DNA from: Reclinomonas americana ATCC 50394
Taxonomy: Eukaryota
Length of the DNA stretch: 64,000 nucleotides
Direction: 5' to 3'
Assembly: GCA_048213135.1 (NCBI GenBank)
Contig: PS015010.1
Location: forward strand, 1,674,001 to 1,738,000
Of this stretch, positions 50,723-60,981 are shown in pieces. The position numbers were made by a program, and so were the translations under genes. Positions within the stretch are counted from its first letter, which is position 1, and every line of letters starts with the position of its first letter. The notes beneath the pieces were generated by a model that ran no database searches, was not told the origin of the DNA, and saw only the letters and a program-made list of their open reading frames with translations.

Positions 50723-53698
50723 ATGAAGAAATTTTTACTCCTGTTCATTGCAGTACTAACCATTTCCTCTACTCAACGATTGGAAGCACAATCCTGTTTC
50801 AGTGTTTCCGCAGGTCCGGATATCAATACCTCCTGCCTCAATACCTGTTTCAATTTTACGGCAAAGATACCCGATGTAAAAACATCGGAATCCTATAAAG
50901 TAATACCAATTGAGTATAAGCCTTATCCTTATACGAATCCGACAGGTGTTGTCTTTAATCCTACTTACGAAGACGACCGCTATTCAGACATGATCGTGAT
51001 GCCATTTACCTTTTGTTTCTATGGTAAGACTTATGGTAAGTGCGTGGTTGGTACTAACGGTATCATCACTTTCGATGTGGAAAGCAACAGGAATACCTAC
51101 AATGCTTATATTATTGACAGGCCCATTTTTTATGCCGGTGGCACTCCTGATAATGAAGGCCCTTATTATCCCAGGGCATCCATCATGGGACCTTATCATG
51201 ATGTTGATCCTGATAATGCCAGTACCCCCCAGCAGCCCGACAGGAAAATGGAATACATCATTGAGGGTACTGCGCCTTGCCGGAAATTCATCCTGAATTT
51301 TTACAAGATGCCGTATTACAAATGTCCGGGCGAATTAGTGACACAGCAAATCGTATTGTATGAAGGCACTGGCATTATTGACATTTTCATGGACACCAAA
51401 CCCAATGCCTGCGCAGCCAGTACCAATAACGGCAGATCAATACTGGGCATACAGAACTGGGAAAGGGATAAAGAGACTTCCGTTCCCGGCAGAAATAACA
51501 CCGACTGGCGGGCGACAAAAGAAGGCTGGCGTTTTGTGCCCAATGGAACAACCTCACTTTTCAGCCGTGTAGAGCTCTACAAGGGCGGGATAAAAGTCGC
51601 CGACGGCATCACCACCGACCTCGGCACCGGCGAACTGGAAGTGGACTTCGGCAGCATCTGCCAGTCGGAAGATATGGCCGAATACGTGGTAAGGGCTTTT
51701 TATAAAAAATGTGATGACCCAACGGTTGAAACAGAAGGCTCTGATACCATGAAAGTATTCAAGACATTCGATCCCGTACTGGCGAATGTGATACCGGCTG
51801 CTTGTCCAACAGCCACGAATGGTTCCATCACTGTTACCGACCCGCTGGATGCCACCGTAGAATACTCTATTGATAATGGTGTCAACTGGCAAACTTCACC
51901 TACTTTCAGCAACCTGGCACCGGGCACTTATAAAATCATCGCCAAGATCATCGGTAACACCTGTAAAGGCGAAGGAACGTTTGTTGTAACGGCCAACCCC
52001 GCCCCTGTAGTCAACTCCAGCATATCACAACCCAATTGCCCCACCACGGCAACAGGCTCCATTACCGTAACGGCTCCCGCGCCGGGCACGGGTGTGGAAT
52101 ATTCCATCGATGGCGGCACCAACTGGCAGGCATCACCCACTTTCAATGGATTGGCAGCAGGCAGTTATACCATCACTGTAAAGATCAATCCTGCGGGCTG
52201 TACCGGTTCAGCGACTTTCGTGGTAACCGACCCCGGCCCTATTCCGGTTAACTCTTCCATAACCGATGTTCAATGTAATGGTACCGCCACCGGCATCATC
52301 AACGTAACCGCGCCACTCGGCTCCGATTTTGAATATTCACTCGATGGCGTGAACTGGCAAATACAACCCAACTTCCTCGTGGCAGCCGGCACCTACACGG
52401 TTCGTGTAAGAAAGATCAGCACCAACTGTATCTACACCAGTCTTATCTATACCGTCAATGAACCCGCCGCTGTTACAGGTTCCGCTCTTGGCAGCAAGGA
52501 TCCCACCTGTGCCGATAAGGATGGCGAGATCAGCATCACCGCGGCGGGTGGCGTAACACCTTACAGTTATTCCATCGACAATGGCGCCAACTACCAGGCC
52601 TCCAATGTATTTTCCGGTCTCACGGCCGGTACATATAACCAGATCAAAGTGAAGGATGCCAACGGCTGTATCCTGCAGACCAACCCTGTAACGATCGTAC
52701 TTAATGATACCATGCGCCTGGAACTGGGTGCCGATGTGGACATCTGCGCCGGCAGCAGCACTACGCTGCAACCGCAGACCAATGACCTGACGGACCTTTT
52801 TACATGGACACCTCCTGCCGGGCTCAGCAGCACAGTGGTGAAGAATCCCGATGCCAGTCCCACAGACACCACCAAATATTACCTTACTGCACGCTGGGGT
52901 CTTTGCGAAAGGAAGGACAGCATTATCGTTAATGTAAAACACCGCCCCACGGTATATGCCGGTAAAGACACGGCCATATGTCCGGGCACTCCCGCTCTCC
53001 TGCACGCGGTAGTTGTAAGCCCGTCGGGTACGGTTAACTACGCGTGGACACCCGCAACAGGCCTTGATGACCCGACAGTACCGGTGACTGCCGCCAATCC
53101 GGATACGACTACCGAATACACACTAACAGTAACGGATAACTTCAGTTGCAGTTTCACCGTATCAGATGTCATTCGCGTGAAAGTGAATCCGCCCGTGGTG
53201 GCATTCGCAGGCAACGATACCAATGCCATACTTAACCGTCCGCACCAGCTGCAGGCTACCGGCGGATTGACCTATACCTGGACGCCCGCAGCGCCGCTCA
53301 ACAACCCTTTCATCAGCAACCCGCTGGCAACACTGAAAGTAGACACCTACTTTACCGTAACCGCTAAAGATGATATTGGCTGCGCCGATACCGATGACAT
53401 TTTCATCAAAGTATATGAAGGTCCCAACTATTACCTGCCCAATGCCTTTACACCCAACGGAGATGGACTGAACGATATCTTCCGGCCTGTACCTGTAGGC
53501 ATACGCAGCACGGAATACTTCAGGGTATTCAACCGTTACGGACAGGTAATGTTTGAAACGAAGGAATGGATGAAAGGATGGGATGGTACTTTTAAAGGAA
53601 AGAAACAACCTTCAGGAACGTATGTATGGGCCATTAAAGGCACCGACAAAAACGGCCGCGTGGTAGAAATGACCGGAACAGTAATTCTCGTACAGTAA
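50723..53698 (+). CDS. T9SS type-B CTD (gliding-motility-associated C-terminal domain) surface protein with SprB-like repeats
   Basis: Four EYSIDxGxNWQ...F..L..G.Y-type repeats; C-terminal YLPNAFTPNGDGLND.F...VFNRYG...GWDG...GTYVW. Confidence 0.92.
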   Translation: MKKFLLLFIAVLTISSTQRLEAQSCFSVSAGPDINTSCLNTCFNFTAKIPDVKTSESYKVIPIEYKPYPYTNPTGVVFNPTYEDDRYSDMIVMPFTFCFYGKTYGKCVVGTNGIITFDVESNRNTYNAYIIDRPIFYAGGTPDNEGPYYPRASIMGPYHDVDPDNASTPQQPDRKMEYIIEGTAPCRKFILNFYKMPYYKCPGELVTQQIVLYEGTGIIDIFMDTKPNACAASTNNGRSILGIQNWERDKETSVPGRNNTDWRATKEGWRFVPNGTTSLFSRVELYKGGIKVADGITTDLGTGELEVDFGSICQSEDMAEYVVRAFYKKCDDPTVETEGSDTMKVFKTFDPVLANVIPAACPTATNGSITVTDPLDATVEYSIDNGVNWQTSPTFSNLAPGTYKIIAKIIGNTCKGEGTFVVTANPAPVVNSSISQPNCPTTATGSITVTAPAPGTGVEYSIDGGTNWQASPTFNGLAAGSYTITVKINPAGCTGSATFVVTDPGPIPVNSSITDVQCNGTATGIINVTAPLGSDFEYSLDGVNWQIQPNFLVAAGTYTVRVRKISTNCIYTSLIYTVNEPAAVTGSALGSKDPTCADKDGEISITAAGGVTPYSYSIDNGANYQASNVFSGLTAGTYNQIKVKDANGCILQTNPVTIVLNDTMRLELGADVDICAGSSTTLQPQTNDLTDLFTWTPPAGLSSTVVKNPDASPTDTTKYYLTARWGLCERKDSIIVNVKHRPTVYAGKDTAICPGTPALLHAVVVSPSGTVNYAWTPATGLDDPTVPVTAANPDTTTEYTLTVTDNFSCSFTVSDVIRVKVNPPVVAFAGNDTNAILNRPHQLQATGGLTYTWTPAAPLNNPFISNPLATLKVDTYFTVTAKDDIGCADTDDIFIKVYEGPNYYLPNAFTPNGDGLNDIFRPVPVGIRSTEYFRVFNRYGQVMFETKEWMKGWDGTFKGKKQPSGTYVWAIKGTDKNGRVVEMTGTVILVQ

Positions 53699-53720
53699 CA
53701 ACAGCATCTTATTTCTGCAT

Positions 53721-53752
53721 AAAGGACATTCGTGCACGGATGTCCTTTTTTT
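53721..53752 (+). terminator. Rho-independent terminator
   Basis: AAAGGACAT...ATGTCCTTT followed by a T-run. Confidence 0.75.
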
Positions 53753-53871
53753 ATCCTGCAAAACGTTCAGATAATACATTTTTCCACTATATATCCCGAC
53801 TATCCACAATCGTTAATAACTTGTCACTGCACAGTCAAATTTCTTGTTTTAAAAAATAGTTATGTTTGTGT

Positions 53872-54717
53872 ATGAGCTGGAATGAAAAGAGGTCCGTTAA
53901 AGTGGCCATTTTAGATATGTATGAAGGCGCTGCCAACCAGGGCATGCGTTGCATACGTGAGATACTGAACCAATTCGGCGAGGCCAACAACATTGAACTC
54001 AGTTACGATGAATTTGATGTCCGTACCGCCCGGCTGGTACCCGATCTCAGTTATGATATCTACATCTCCAGCGGCGGCCCCGGCTCCCCGCTCGACAGTG
54101 AAGGCAGTGAATGGGAAAAAGTATATTTCAACTGGCTCTCCAGAGTAGAACGCTGGAACGATAATGATGCACATGTGCAGAAAAAACAGGTCTTCTTCAT
54201 CTGCCATTCCTTTCAATTGGTTTGCCGGCACTATGGCATCGCCCATGTCTGCAAAAGGAAAAGCACCTCCTTCGGTGTATTCCCCATGCACCTGATGAAT
54301 GATGGTAAGGAAGAACCCATTTTTCATGGCCTGCGCAATCCCTTTTATTCTGTTGACAGCCGCGACTACCAGGTAATAGAACCCAACCACAACGCCTTAC
54401 AGCGTATGGGCGCCACTATACTCGCTATTGAAAAAGAAAGACCCCATGTACCGCTGGAAAGGGCCATCATGGCCATCCGCTTCAATGAATATATGATCGG
54501 CACGCAGTTCCACCCCGAAGCCGATGCCATTGGTATGAGCCTTCACCTGCAGACTCCTGAGAAAAAGAAGACCGTTATTGAAAATTACGGTGAAGAAAAA
54601 TGGAGTTCTATGATCGAGCAGCTCAATGATCCCGACAAGATCATGTGGACCTACTCCCACATCCTGCCCAACTTCCTTTTCCATGCACTGGATCAGCTCC
54701 AGCCCGTAGAAGCATAA
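53872..54717 (+). CDS. Class I glutamine amidotransferase-like protein
   Basis: SSGGPGSP, ICHS (nucleophile Cys), TQFHPE (His-Glu). A TATGTTTG -7 box at 53861-53868 supports the ATG at 53872. Confidence 0.88.
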   Translation: MSWNEKRSVKVAILDMYEGAANQGMRCIREILNQFGEANNIELSYDEFDVRTARLVPDLSYDIYISSGGPGSPLDSEGSEWEKVYFNWLSRVERWNDNDAHVQKKQVFFICHSFQLVCRHYGIAHVCKRKSTSFGVFPMHLMNDGKEEPIFHGLRNPFYSVDSRDYQVIEPNHNALQRMGATILAIEKERPHVPLERAIMAIRFNEYMIGTQFHPEADAIGMSLHLQTPEKKKTVIENYGEEKWSSMIEQLNDPDKIMWTYSHILPNFLFHALDQLQPVEA

Positions 54718-54891
54718 GTTACAGCATATGCCCAATCACGGGTCTGAGGCCTCATTGCCTTGCACACCCCGCATCCTTCCTTCTTTGCAGCAAACCTTCT
54801 CTTTGAATACCTCCGCCCGGTAATTAGTAATTGGTAATTAGTAATTAATAATTAAATTTATTGACGACACCATCATTAAAACGGAAACCGT

Positions 54892-56082
54892 ATGATCAAA
54901 GCATTAAGAGAAAAATTTAACGCCGCTTACAGCAAAGAAAAGTATGACGCCTATATGCAGAAAATAGAAGGGCTGCACCCCGGCTCTCTGGATTTCAGGA
55001 ATGCGGAAACACCGGTATTTGTGCCGAAAGATTTTAAGGATAAAATGCTGTCGGCCTGCGACGATATTATTGATGTGATCACCGATCCCAATTTCAAATC
55101 CATCACCGAACGCGGCATTCCTGCGGATGTAAAGGTCCCCAACGAAAATGGCCACTCCCATTTTGTGGTATTCGACTTTGGCGTGTGTGAGAACGAGGCC
55201 GGCGAACTGGAACCGCAACTCATCGAAATGCAGGGCTTTCCTACCCTCTTTGCTTTCCAGGCTTTTCATTCCGAAATTACAGCCGGATATGCCGACCTGC
55301 CCGCTAACTTCTCTCCTTACCTGAGCGGTTACAATAAAGAAAGTTATCTACAGTTACTGAAAGAGATCATCGTTGGCGACCTTGATCCTAAAAACGTGGT
55401 CCTGCTGGAGATCTTCCCCGAACAGCAAAAAACACGTATCGATTTCTATTGCACCGAACAGGTACTGGGTATTAAGATGGTGTGCCTGACGGACCTCATC
55501 GCCGAAGGCACCAAACTCTATTATAACAATAACGGCGAAAAGACCGAGATCAAACGCATTTACAACCGCCTCATATTCGACGATCTGCAGAAGCAGGAAG
55601 GACTGCCGCCGGTGATTGACCTTACGCAGCATTATGACGTGGAATGGGTGCCGCATCCTAACTGGTTTTACCGCATCAGTAAATTCACACTGCCCTTCAT
55701 TCATAACCCATACGTGCCGGAAACTTTTTTCCTTAACGAGATCAAACAATTGCCTTCCGACCTGGAGAACTACGTATTGAAGCCCCTCTTCTCCTTTGCC
55801 GGTATGGGTGTGGTGATCGACGTAACGCAGGCTGATATAGACGCAGTAAAAGACCCCGAGAACTGGATACTCCAGCGCAAAGTAAAATACGCCGATGTGA
55901 TCGTAACACCCGACGGGCCTGCCAAAGCGGAGATCAGGCTTTTCTTTTTCTGGAAAGACGGCTGGAACAAACCCAAAGCTGTTCATAACCTAGCCCGCCT
56001 CAGCAAAGGCAAAATGATCGGCACCAGGTACAATAAGGATAAGGAATGGGTAGGAGGAAGCGTGGCTTTTTTTGAGATGTGA
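54892..56082 (+). CDS. Circularly permuted ATP-grasp (glutathionylspermidine-synthase-like) ligase
   Basis: FDF...LIEMQ, IYNR, PHPNW...SK, YVLKPLFSFAGMGV, WILQRKV, EIR, ARLS in the order seen in CP-ATP-grasp proteins. Confidence 0.65.
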   Translation: MIKALREKFNAAYSKEKYDAYMQKIEGLHPGSLDFRNAETPVFVPKDFKDKMLSACDDIIDVITDPNFKSITERGIPADVKVPNENGHSHFVVFDFGVCENEAGELEPQLIEMQGFPTLFAFQAFHSEITAGYADLPANFSPYLSGYNKESYLQLLKEIIVGDLDPKNVVLLEIFPEQQKTRIDFYCTEQVLGIKMVCLTDLIAEGTKLYYNNNGEKTEIKRIYNRLIFDDLQKQEGLPPVIDLTQHYDVEWVPHPNWFYRISKFTLPFIHNPYVPETFFLNEIKQLPSDLENYVLKPLFSFAGMGVVIDVTQADIDAVKDPENWILQRKVKYADVIVTPDGPAKAEIRLFFFWKDGWNKPKAVHNLARLSKGKMIGTRYNKDKEWVGGSVAFFEM

Positions 56083-56155
56083 TTTCATACGCAAATCCGC
56101 ATATTCACACATTCACAATTTTTATTTTTGAATTTTAACTTTTGACTTTATCACC

Positions 56156-57142
56156 ATGTCAGCACAAACCATTTTCGAATACCACCTTCAGCAGGTAAGC
56201 ACTTTACTGGAAAAAGCCGCCAAACAAAAGAACCCTGCGCTTTGGCTGTACCGTAATAATGGCCGTACGCCGTTCTTTATGCTGGAAGGGCTGGCCAAGC
56301 TTCATGCGGGCATTCACAACAAAAAGAAATTCTCCAAACTGAAAGAACAGTTCAAACTGGTGGAAGATGCCATTGGCGCCATTGATTATTATGATGCTTT
56401 TGCCAAAAGTTTTGCCGCCAATAAAAAGATGCCCAAAAATATTACGGCCTACCTGCAGGCGCAAACCCGTGAAAAACTGCAAAGCCTGAATGAACTGCTC
56501 GAAGAAAAAGGATGGCTCGATGGCGGCCGGTTAAAGAAGACCAGGAAAAAACTGGATGAAGCCGACTGGCTGAAACCTGTTGACGAAGTTAAAGCGATAC
56601 AGGATTTTTATGGTGAAGCCATTTACGAGATCGCCGCATTTGTACAGACCGACAGTTTTCATTTCGATAACGTGGAAGCCGATGTGCATGAGCTCCGCCG
56701 TAAACTGCGCTGGCTCAGCATTTACCCGCAGGCCCTCCGCGGGCTGGTACAACTCGACACATCACGCGACGCCCCGAAAAATATTAAGAAATACCTTACC
56801 AAAGAAGTGACAACCTCTCCCTTCAATGTGATGCCCGACGCCGGAGACAACAGGTATTTTCTTTTACTCGACCGGAACTATTTCTATGCACTGAGCTGGA
56901 TCATTGCGGAACTGGGAAAACTGAAAGACAGCGGCCTGGGTATCATCGCCATCCGCGAAGCCCTGCAGCAACAAGGCACGGTAGACGATAAGAAAGCTTA
57001 TGCTGAAGCCCGGAAAATGCTGGGAGCCAAACAGCCTTCCATCGAAAGCATATTGACCAGTTCCGCCGGCATCTGCAAAACTTTTTTTGAAGATCATGTA
57101 CTGGAATACCTGGTATTGGGAACAGCCGGGATGAAGGAATAA
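56156..57142 (+). CDS. CHAD-like all-helical basic protein
   Basis: DVHELRRKLRWL resembles the CHAD HxxRxxxR motif; ED.IG.ID and LGKLKD segments. Confidence 0.55.
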   Translation: MSAQTIFEYHLQQVSTLLEKAAKQKNPALWLYRNNGRTPFFMLEGLAKLHAGIHNKKKFSKLKEQFKLVEDAIGAIDYYDAFAKSFAANKKMPKNITAYLQAQTREKLQSLNELLEEKGWLDGGRLKKTRKKLDEADWLKPVDEVKAIQDFYGEAIYEIAAFVQTDSFHFDNVEADVHELRRKLRWLSIYPQALRGLVQLDTSRDAPKNIKKYLTKEVTTSPFNVMPDAGDNRYFLLLDRNYFYALSWIIAELGKLKDSGLGIIAIREALQQQGTVDDKKAYAEARKMLGAKQPSIESILTSSAGICKTFFEDHVLEYLVLGTAGMKE

Positions 57143-57194
57143 ACCAATAAAGAACCCGTCTCCCTTCATTACTGGTTATAAACGGGGCTAAAAT

Positions 57195-57208
57195 TTAGGC
57201 TCACCTAA
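57195..57208. promoter_or_regulatory. DtxR/MntR-type operator (TTAGG-N4-CCTAA)
   Basis: TTAGGCTCACCTAA palindrome about 50 nt upstream of the DtxR-family gene. Confidence 0.7.
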
Positions 57209-57255
57209 CCTGCTTTTCAGGAAAATTTTCCCAACTTTGCTGAAACAGACTGACA

Positions 57256-57918
57256 ATGACCTCCTTAGCTGAAGAAAATTACCTGAAGGCAATCTATAAA
57301 CTGCACGAGCGGAACGGTGGTATGGTTACGACCTCGGCGCTGGCAGAGTCGTTGCAGATCAATGCGGCATCGGTTACGGATTTCATCAAGAAGATGGCTA
57401 CGAAAAAACTGATCTCCTACGAAAAATCAAAGGGGGTAAAGCTTTCAGAGCAGGGACGCCTGATCGCCCTCAGCATCATCCGCAAGCATCGCCTGTGGGA
57501 AGTATGGCTGGTGAATAAACTCAATTTCCAGTGGGATGAAGTGCACGAGATCGCGGAACAACTGGAACACGTAGTGAGCGATGAACTGATCGAGAAACTG
57601 GACATTCATTTAGGTTACCCTAAAGCCGATCCTCATGGCGACCTGATACCCGATGCCAAAGGCCGGTTTGCCAAAAGCCACAGCAAACCCCTGCTGGAAT
57701 GCGCTAAAATGGACCGGGTAAAACTGGTAGGCGTAGCCGATCACTCCAACAGTTTTTTACAATACCTGACCAAGACCAATCTTAAACTGGGCGACGAATT
57801 ACAGGTAGAGTCCATCGAGGAGTTCGACAATTCCTTCCAGGTAAAGCATAATAAAAAAGGCAGGAAACTGCTGAGCAAGGAAGTGGTGAAAAACCTGCTC
57901 GTTGTTCCTGCCTCCTGA
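57256..57918 (+). CDS. mntR: DtxR/MntR-family metal-dependent repressor with FeoA domain
   Basis: EENYLKAIY, RKHRLWE, VHEIAEQLEH, DPHGDLIP, C-terminal FeoA-like domain. Confidence 0.9.
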   Translation: MTSLAEENYLKAIYKLHERNGGMVTTSALAESLQINAASVTDFIKKMATKKLISYEKSKGVKLSEQGRLIALSIIRKHRLWEVWLVNKLNFQWDEVHEIAEQLEHVVSDELIEKLDIHLGYPKADPHGDLIPDAKGRFAKSHSKPLLECAKMDRVKLVGVADHSNSFLQYLTKTNLKLGDELQVESIEEFDNSFQVKHNKKGRKLLSKEVVKNLLVVPAS

Positions 57919-57924
57919 TCGGTG

Positions 57925-58416
57925 TTATTTACTTTCCAGCAAAGCCCGCACGGCCCTGTCCAGCCCCGCTCCTTCCAGGTCAATCGCTACCAGTTTTCCC
58001 TGTTTGTTGAGCAGGAAATTTTTCGGTATCTCTTCTACTGAATAAGCGGCAGCCGTTGGCGCATTCCATCCCATTTTATCGTTTACCTGCAGGTAAGGCA
58101 GCCGGTCGGCTTTAATAGCGTTGAGCCAGGCCTCCTTCTTACTGTCGATGGAAACAGCAAATACCTCAAATCCTTTAGACGCGTATTTTTTATACAGCTT
58201 TACGATACCCGGGTTCGCCGCACGGCAGGGCCGGCACCAGCTCGCCCAGAAATCAATGAGCACCACTTTCCCTTTCAGCGAAGAAAGCGTACGCAGGCTG
58301 TCGTTAGTATCGGGTAATTGAATATCCGGAACGGAATAACCGGGTTTCAACTGTGCGTGGGCCAGTACGGTACTCATAACCAGCGCCGCCGCTATAAGGA
58401 ATGTTTGTTTCATCAT
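57925..58416 (-). CDS. TlpA-family thiol-disulfide oxidoreductase
   Basis: LKGKVVLIDFWASWCRPC; signal peptide. Confidence 0.92.
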   Translation of the reverse strand: MMKQTFLIAAALVMSTVLAHAQLKPGYSVPDIQLPDTNDSLRTLSSLKGKVVLIDFWASWCRPCRAANPGIVKLYKKYASKGFEVFAVSIDSKKEAWLNAIKADRLPYLQVNDKMGWNAPTAAAYSVEEIPKNFLLNKQGKLVAIDLEGAGLDRAVRALLESK

Positions 58417-58477
58417 TTACAACAATTCTTTTTTTGAAAGAGTGATAATATAAACCGCCATATCTTTTTCATCATGA

Positions 58478-59284
58478 TCAATATACATTAAAGAAATTAT
58501 ACTCAAAACGGATAAGTCCGCCCGGCTGCATATTCCGGTACAACGAAGTTACGACGGGTATGCGGTAACCAAAATCGACACGCATTTTGCTGTTAAAAAT
58601 AAATTGCACCGACGGGGCCAGGTCCAGCACCGTTTGGCCGCTGCGGAGGTTGGTTTGCCCCAGCATCTCCACCATCAGGTTCAGGTTGGTTTGCCCGTAA
58701 GTCCTGTACTCTTTGGGCAGCATCAGTTTACCTGCCGACGCGGTGTAATTGACGGCGTTGCGTACTGACCCGCCCGGATCAGTAGCCTGCCCCTTGTTCA
58801 GATTGGCATGCAGGTAAGAAGCCGATGCGGATAAGGCTACTTTTTTATGCAGTTTGGTGGCAACAGCACCTCCTTCATAACCGGTATTGCCATTATTGAG
58901 GTTAATATATTGGTCGTGTACAGGGCTGTTGGTAAACGCGTACTTACCAAAGACAGCAACACGAAAATGATCGTGCACATCATCCTGGCTGTAAACGCGG
59001 TACTTACCGTACACTTCACCGCCATTGACTTTGGTGCGGCCTGTGGCATCACTGACAAACGCGGCGCCGTGGATCATGATCCTGCGTGATACGCCCCACA
59101 TCAGTTCCGGCATCAGCATATAGCCTATCCTGTTCCGGCTCCTGTCTTTCATAATATTCGCGGTAGCCCTGGCCCCGATGCTTTTGGCCGCCATATTACT
59201 GGCTGGCTCCGTATACACGTACAGTTCCTGTGACTGTGCTGTAAAACAAACCAGCAACAGGAAAAAAACGATACTATATTTCAT
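58478..59284 (-). CDS. Predicted outer-membrane beta-barrel hypothetical protein
   Basis: Signal AQS|Q; QELYVYTEPASNM N-terminus; amphipathic strands; terminal RFEYNFF. Confidence 0.65.
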   Translation of the reverse strand: MKYSIVFFLLLVCFTAQSQELYVYTEPASNMAAKSIGARATANIMKDRSRNRIGYMLMPELMWGVSRRIMIHGAAFVSDATGRTKVNGGEVYGKYRVYSQDDVHDHFRVAVFGKYAFTNSPVHDQYINLNNGNTGYEGGAVATKLHKKVALSASASYLHANLNKGQATDPGGSVRNAVNYTASAGKLMLPKEYRTYGQTNLNLMVEMLGQTNLRSGQTVLDLAPSVQFIFNSKMRVDFGYRIPVVTSLYRNMQPGGLIRFEYNFFNVY

Positions 59285-59375
59285 AGCTATTTTTTTGGTA
59301 TGGGGTACAAGATCCGGGATGAGGCTCCGTTATCCGGCTCCTGCATCCCGTATCCCGCATCCCTTACCTGTTGAA

Positions 59376-59918
59376 TTAAATTGTTACATGAAAAACCCTT
59401 GTTGGCTTTTCGGGCGTTCCCTTTTTACAGCAGGCGCCCATCAGCCCGGTCTTGTAACATTCCATGAGGGTGAACCTGTTGTTCCTTTTGTATTCCTTCA
59501 CCGGCACAAATCCTTTGTCGAGCAGCTTTACCGTCTGCTCCCCGTCCAGTGTCTGGTTGCTGATGTTGAGGAAATGGAACAATAATCCGTTCATCTCCAC
59601 ATGGCTGTCATTGGCCAGTGCCTGCTTGTCAAACTCCATAGTTACGCGGAAGGAAGCCACAAAAAAACCGGCGTCCTCCACTTTTTTACGGAGCAGGTCA
59701 AAGTCAACGGCTCTGCCGGGTTTGACACTGATGTCGAATGTGGATGTTTTGATATCGGGTTCAACTTTATCAATAAAGTCAACCGTTTTGATCGATTTGA
59801 AAATTGAATTGCTGCACATGCTGCAGGTAAGCCCGCTGGCCTGCAGGCTTACTTTTTTTACCTGGGCCTGTGAACCCAACGACAGCAGCAATGCAACAAC
59901 CGTTAACAGTTTTTGCAT
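59376..59918 (-). CDS. Periplasmic heavy-metal-associated (HMA) domain protein
   Basis: Signal; GLTCSMC; extra C-terminal domain with C and CC. Confidence 0.85.
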   Translation of the reverse strand: MQKLLTVVALLLSLGSQAQVKKVSLQASGLTCSMCSNSIFKSIKTVDFIDKVEPDIKTSTFDISVKPGRAVDFDLLRKKVEDAGFFVASFRVTMEFDKQALANDSHVEMNGLLFHFLNISNQTLDGEQTVKLLDKGFVPVKEYKRNNRFTLMECYKTGLMGACCKKGTPEKPTRVFHVTI

Positions 59919-59941
59919 GATACACGTTTTAGAAGTTCACG

Positions 59942-60376
59942 TTATGATTTTTTGCAGCAGCTTTTGTCTTTGCAGGCAGCCTCATCTTTACAGGCGTCGA
60001 CTGATTTCCCGCAACTGGTATTGTCGCAGCATTTGGCGGCGGCAGTTTCCGATTTGCGGTCGTATTTGCAGCAGCCGTGCAGTTTGTCGTAGGCTTTATT
60101 GTCGGCACTAAAATCCTGTGTGTCGTAACCGGAACTGGCGATCGCCTGTTGTATTTTTTCTGAGGATGTTTTGGAAGCGGTATACGCTACTTCCAGTTGC
60201 TTGGTATCTTCATTCCAAACGGCGGTTTTGGCCCCGGCCGATTTGGCGGCTTTTTCGATGGTGGTTTTACACATACCGCAGTTACCCCATACTTTGATGG
60301 TTTCTTTTTTTACGGTTTGTGCCGATGCGGTTAAAGCGCAGAACGCTATGCTGAGACAGATGAATATGCTTTTCAT
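59942..60376 (-). CDS. Periplasmic HMA domain protein with Cys-rich tail
   Basis: VWGNCGMCK, YDKLHGCCKY, and a metallothionein-like tail (CC..C..C..C..CC). Confidence 0.85.
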   Translation of the reverse strand: MKSIFICLSIAFCALTASAQTVKKETIKVWGNCGMCKTTIEKAAKSAGAKTAVWNEDTKQLEVAYTASKTSSEKIQQAIASSGYDTQDFSADNKAYDKLHGCCKYDRKSETAAAKCCDNTSCGKSVDACKDEAACKDKSCCKKS

Positions 60377-60470
60377 TGTTTAGTGCTTTTGTGTTGATGT
60401 AATAAGTGAAAAGGCGGAATACGCCAAAAGCCGGGCACTGTCGTTACCGGTCAGAAAGAACAACCAACAT

Positions 60471-60860
60471 CTATAGCCTGAAAACGCAATTCATCACGCG
60501 GGCGGAGGGCCCGTGATCAAATGGAGGGGAATTAATATTTACGGAAGAAGCCGCGGGGGAGGCGGGCACATTCCAACTGAACACCGGTGTTTCCTGCATC
60601 ACCGCGATATCACCGGCATAGAAACTGATGTCATTGGATGCCTGCTTGTGCGAATCTTCCAGCTTAACAAACTTATGTTCATCCTGGCAGCAACCACCCT
60701 TCTTTTCTTTCATGCCGCACCTGCCACACTTCTTGCTGTCTTCCAGGGCATAATAATCAACCCCGGCCTCCTTGCCCATGCAATAGTGTATTTCCATAGC
60801 TATGCCGGACGACACCGCCATGTATACAAAAGTCAATATAGAGAGCAGGAGTTTTTTCAT
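60471..60860 (-). CDS. HYC_CC_PP family protein
   Basis: HYCMG, GCCQDE, NSPP, CVFRL signature. Confidence 0.9.
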   Translation of the reverse strand: MKKLLLSILTFVYMAVSSGIAMEIHYCMGKEAGVDYYALEDSKKCGRCGMKEKKGGCCQDEHKFVKLEDSHKQASNDISFYAGDIAVMQETPVFSWNVPASPAASSVNINSPPFDHGPSARVMNCVFRL

Positions 60861-60981
60861 TGACAATGTAAAACTAAAAATATTTCCCGAAATGAAGTAC
60901 AGTTAAATGTTAAACCTCCCAGGAATAGCTGATCCATCTGAAACATCATTCACCTGTACATTCGTAATTGTCAATTCGTAA

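Noticed and set aside
51780-52700. Internal DNA/protein repeats in the T9SS protein as a novel repeat system
   Set aside because: They are ordinary SprB-like domain repeats of a type-B CTD adhesin.
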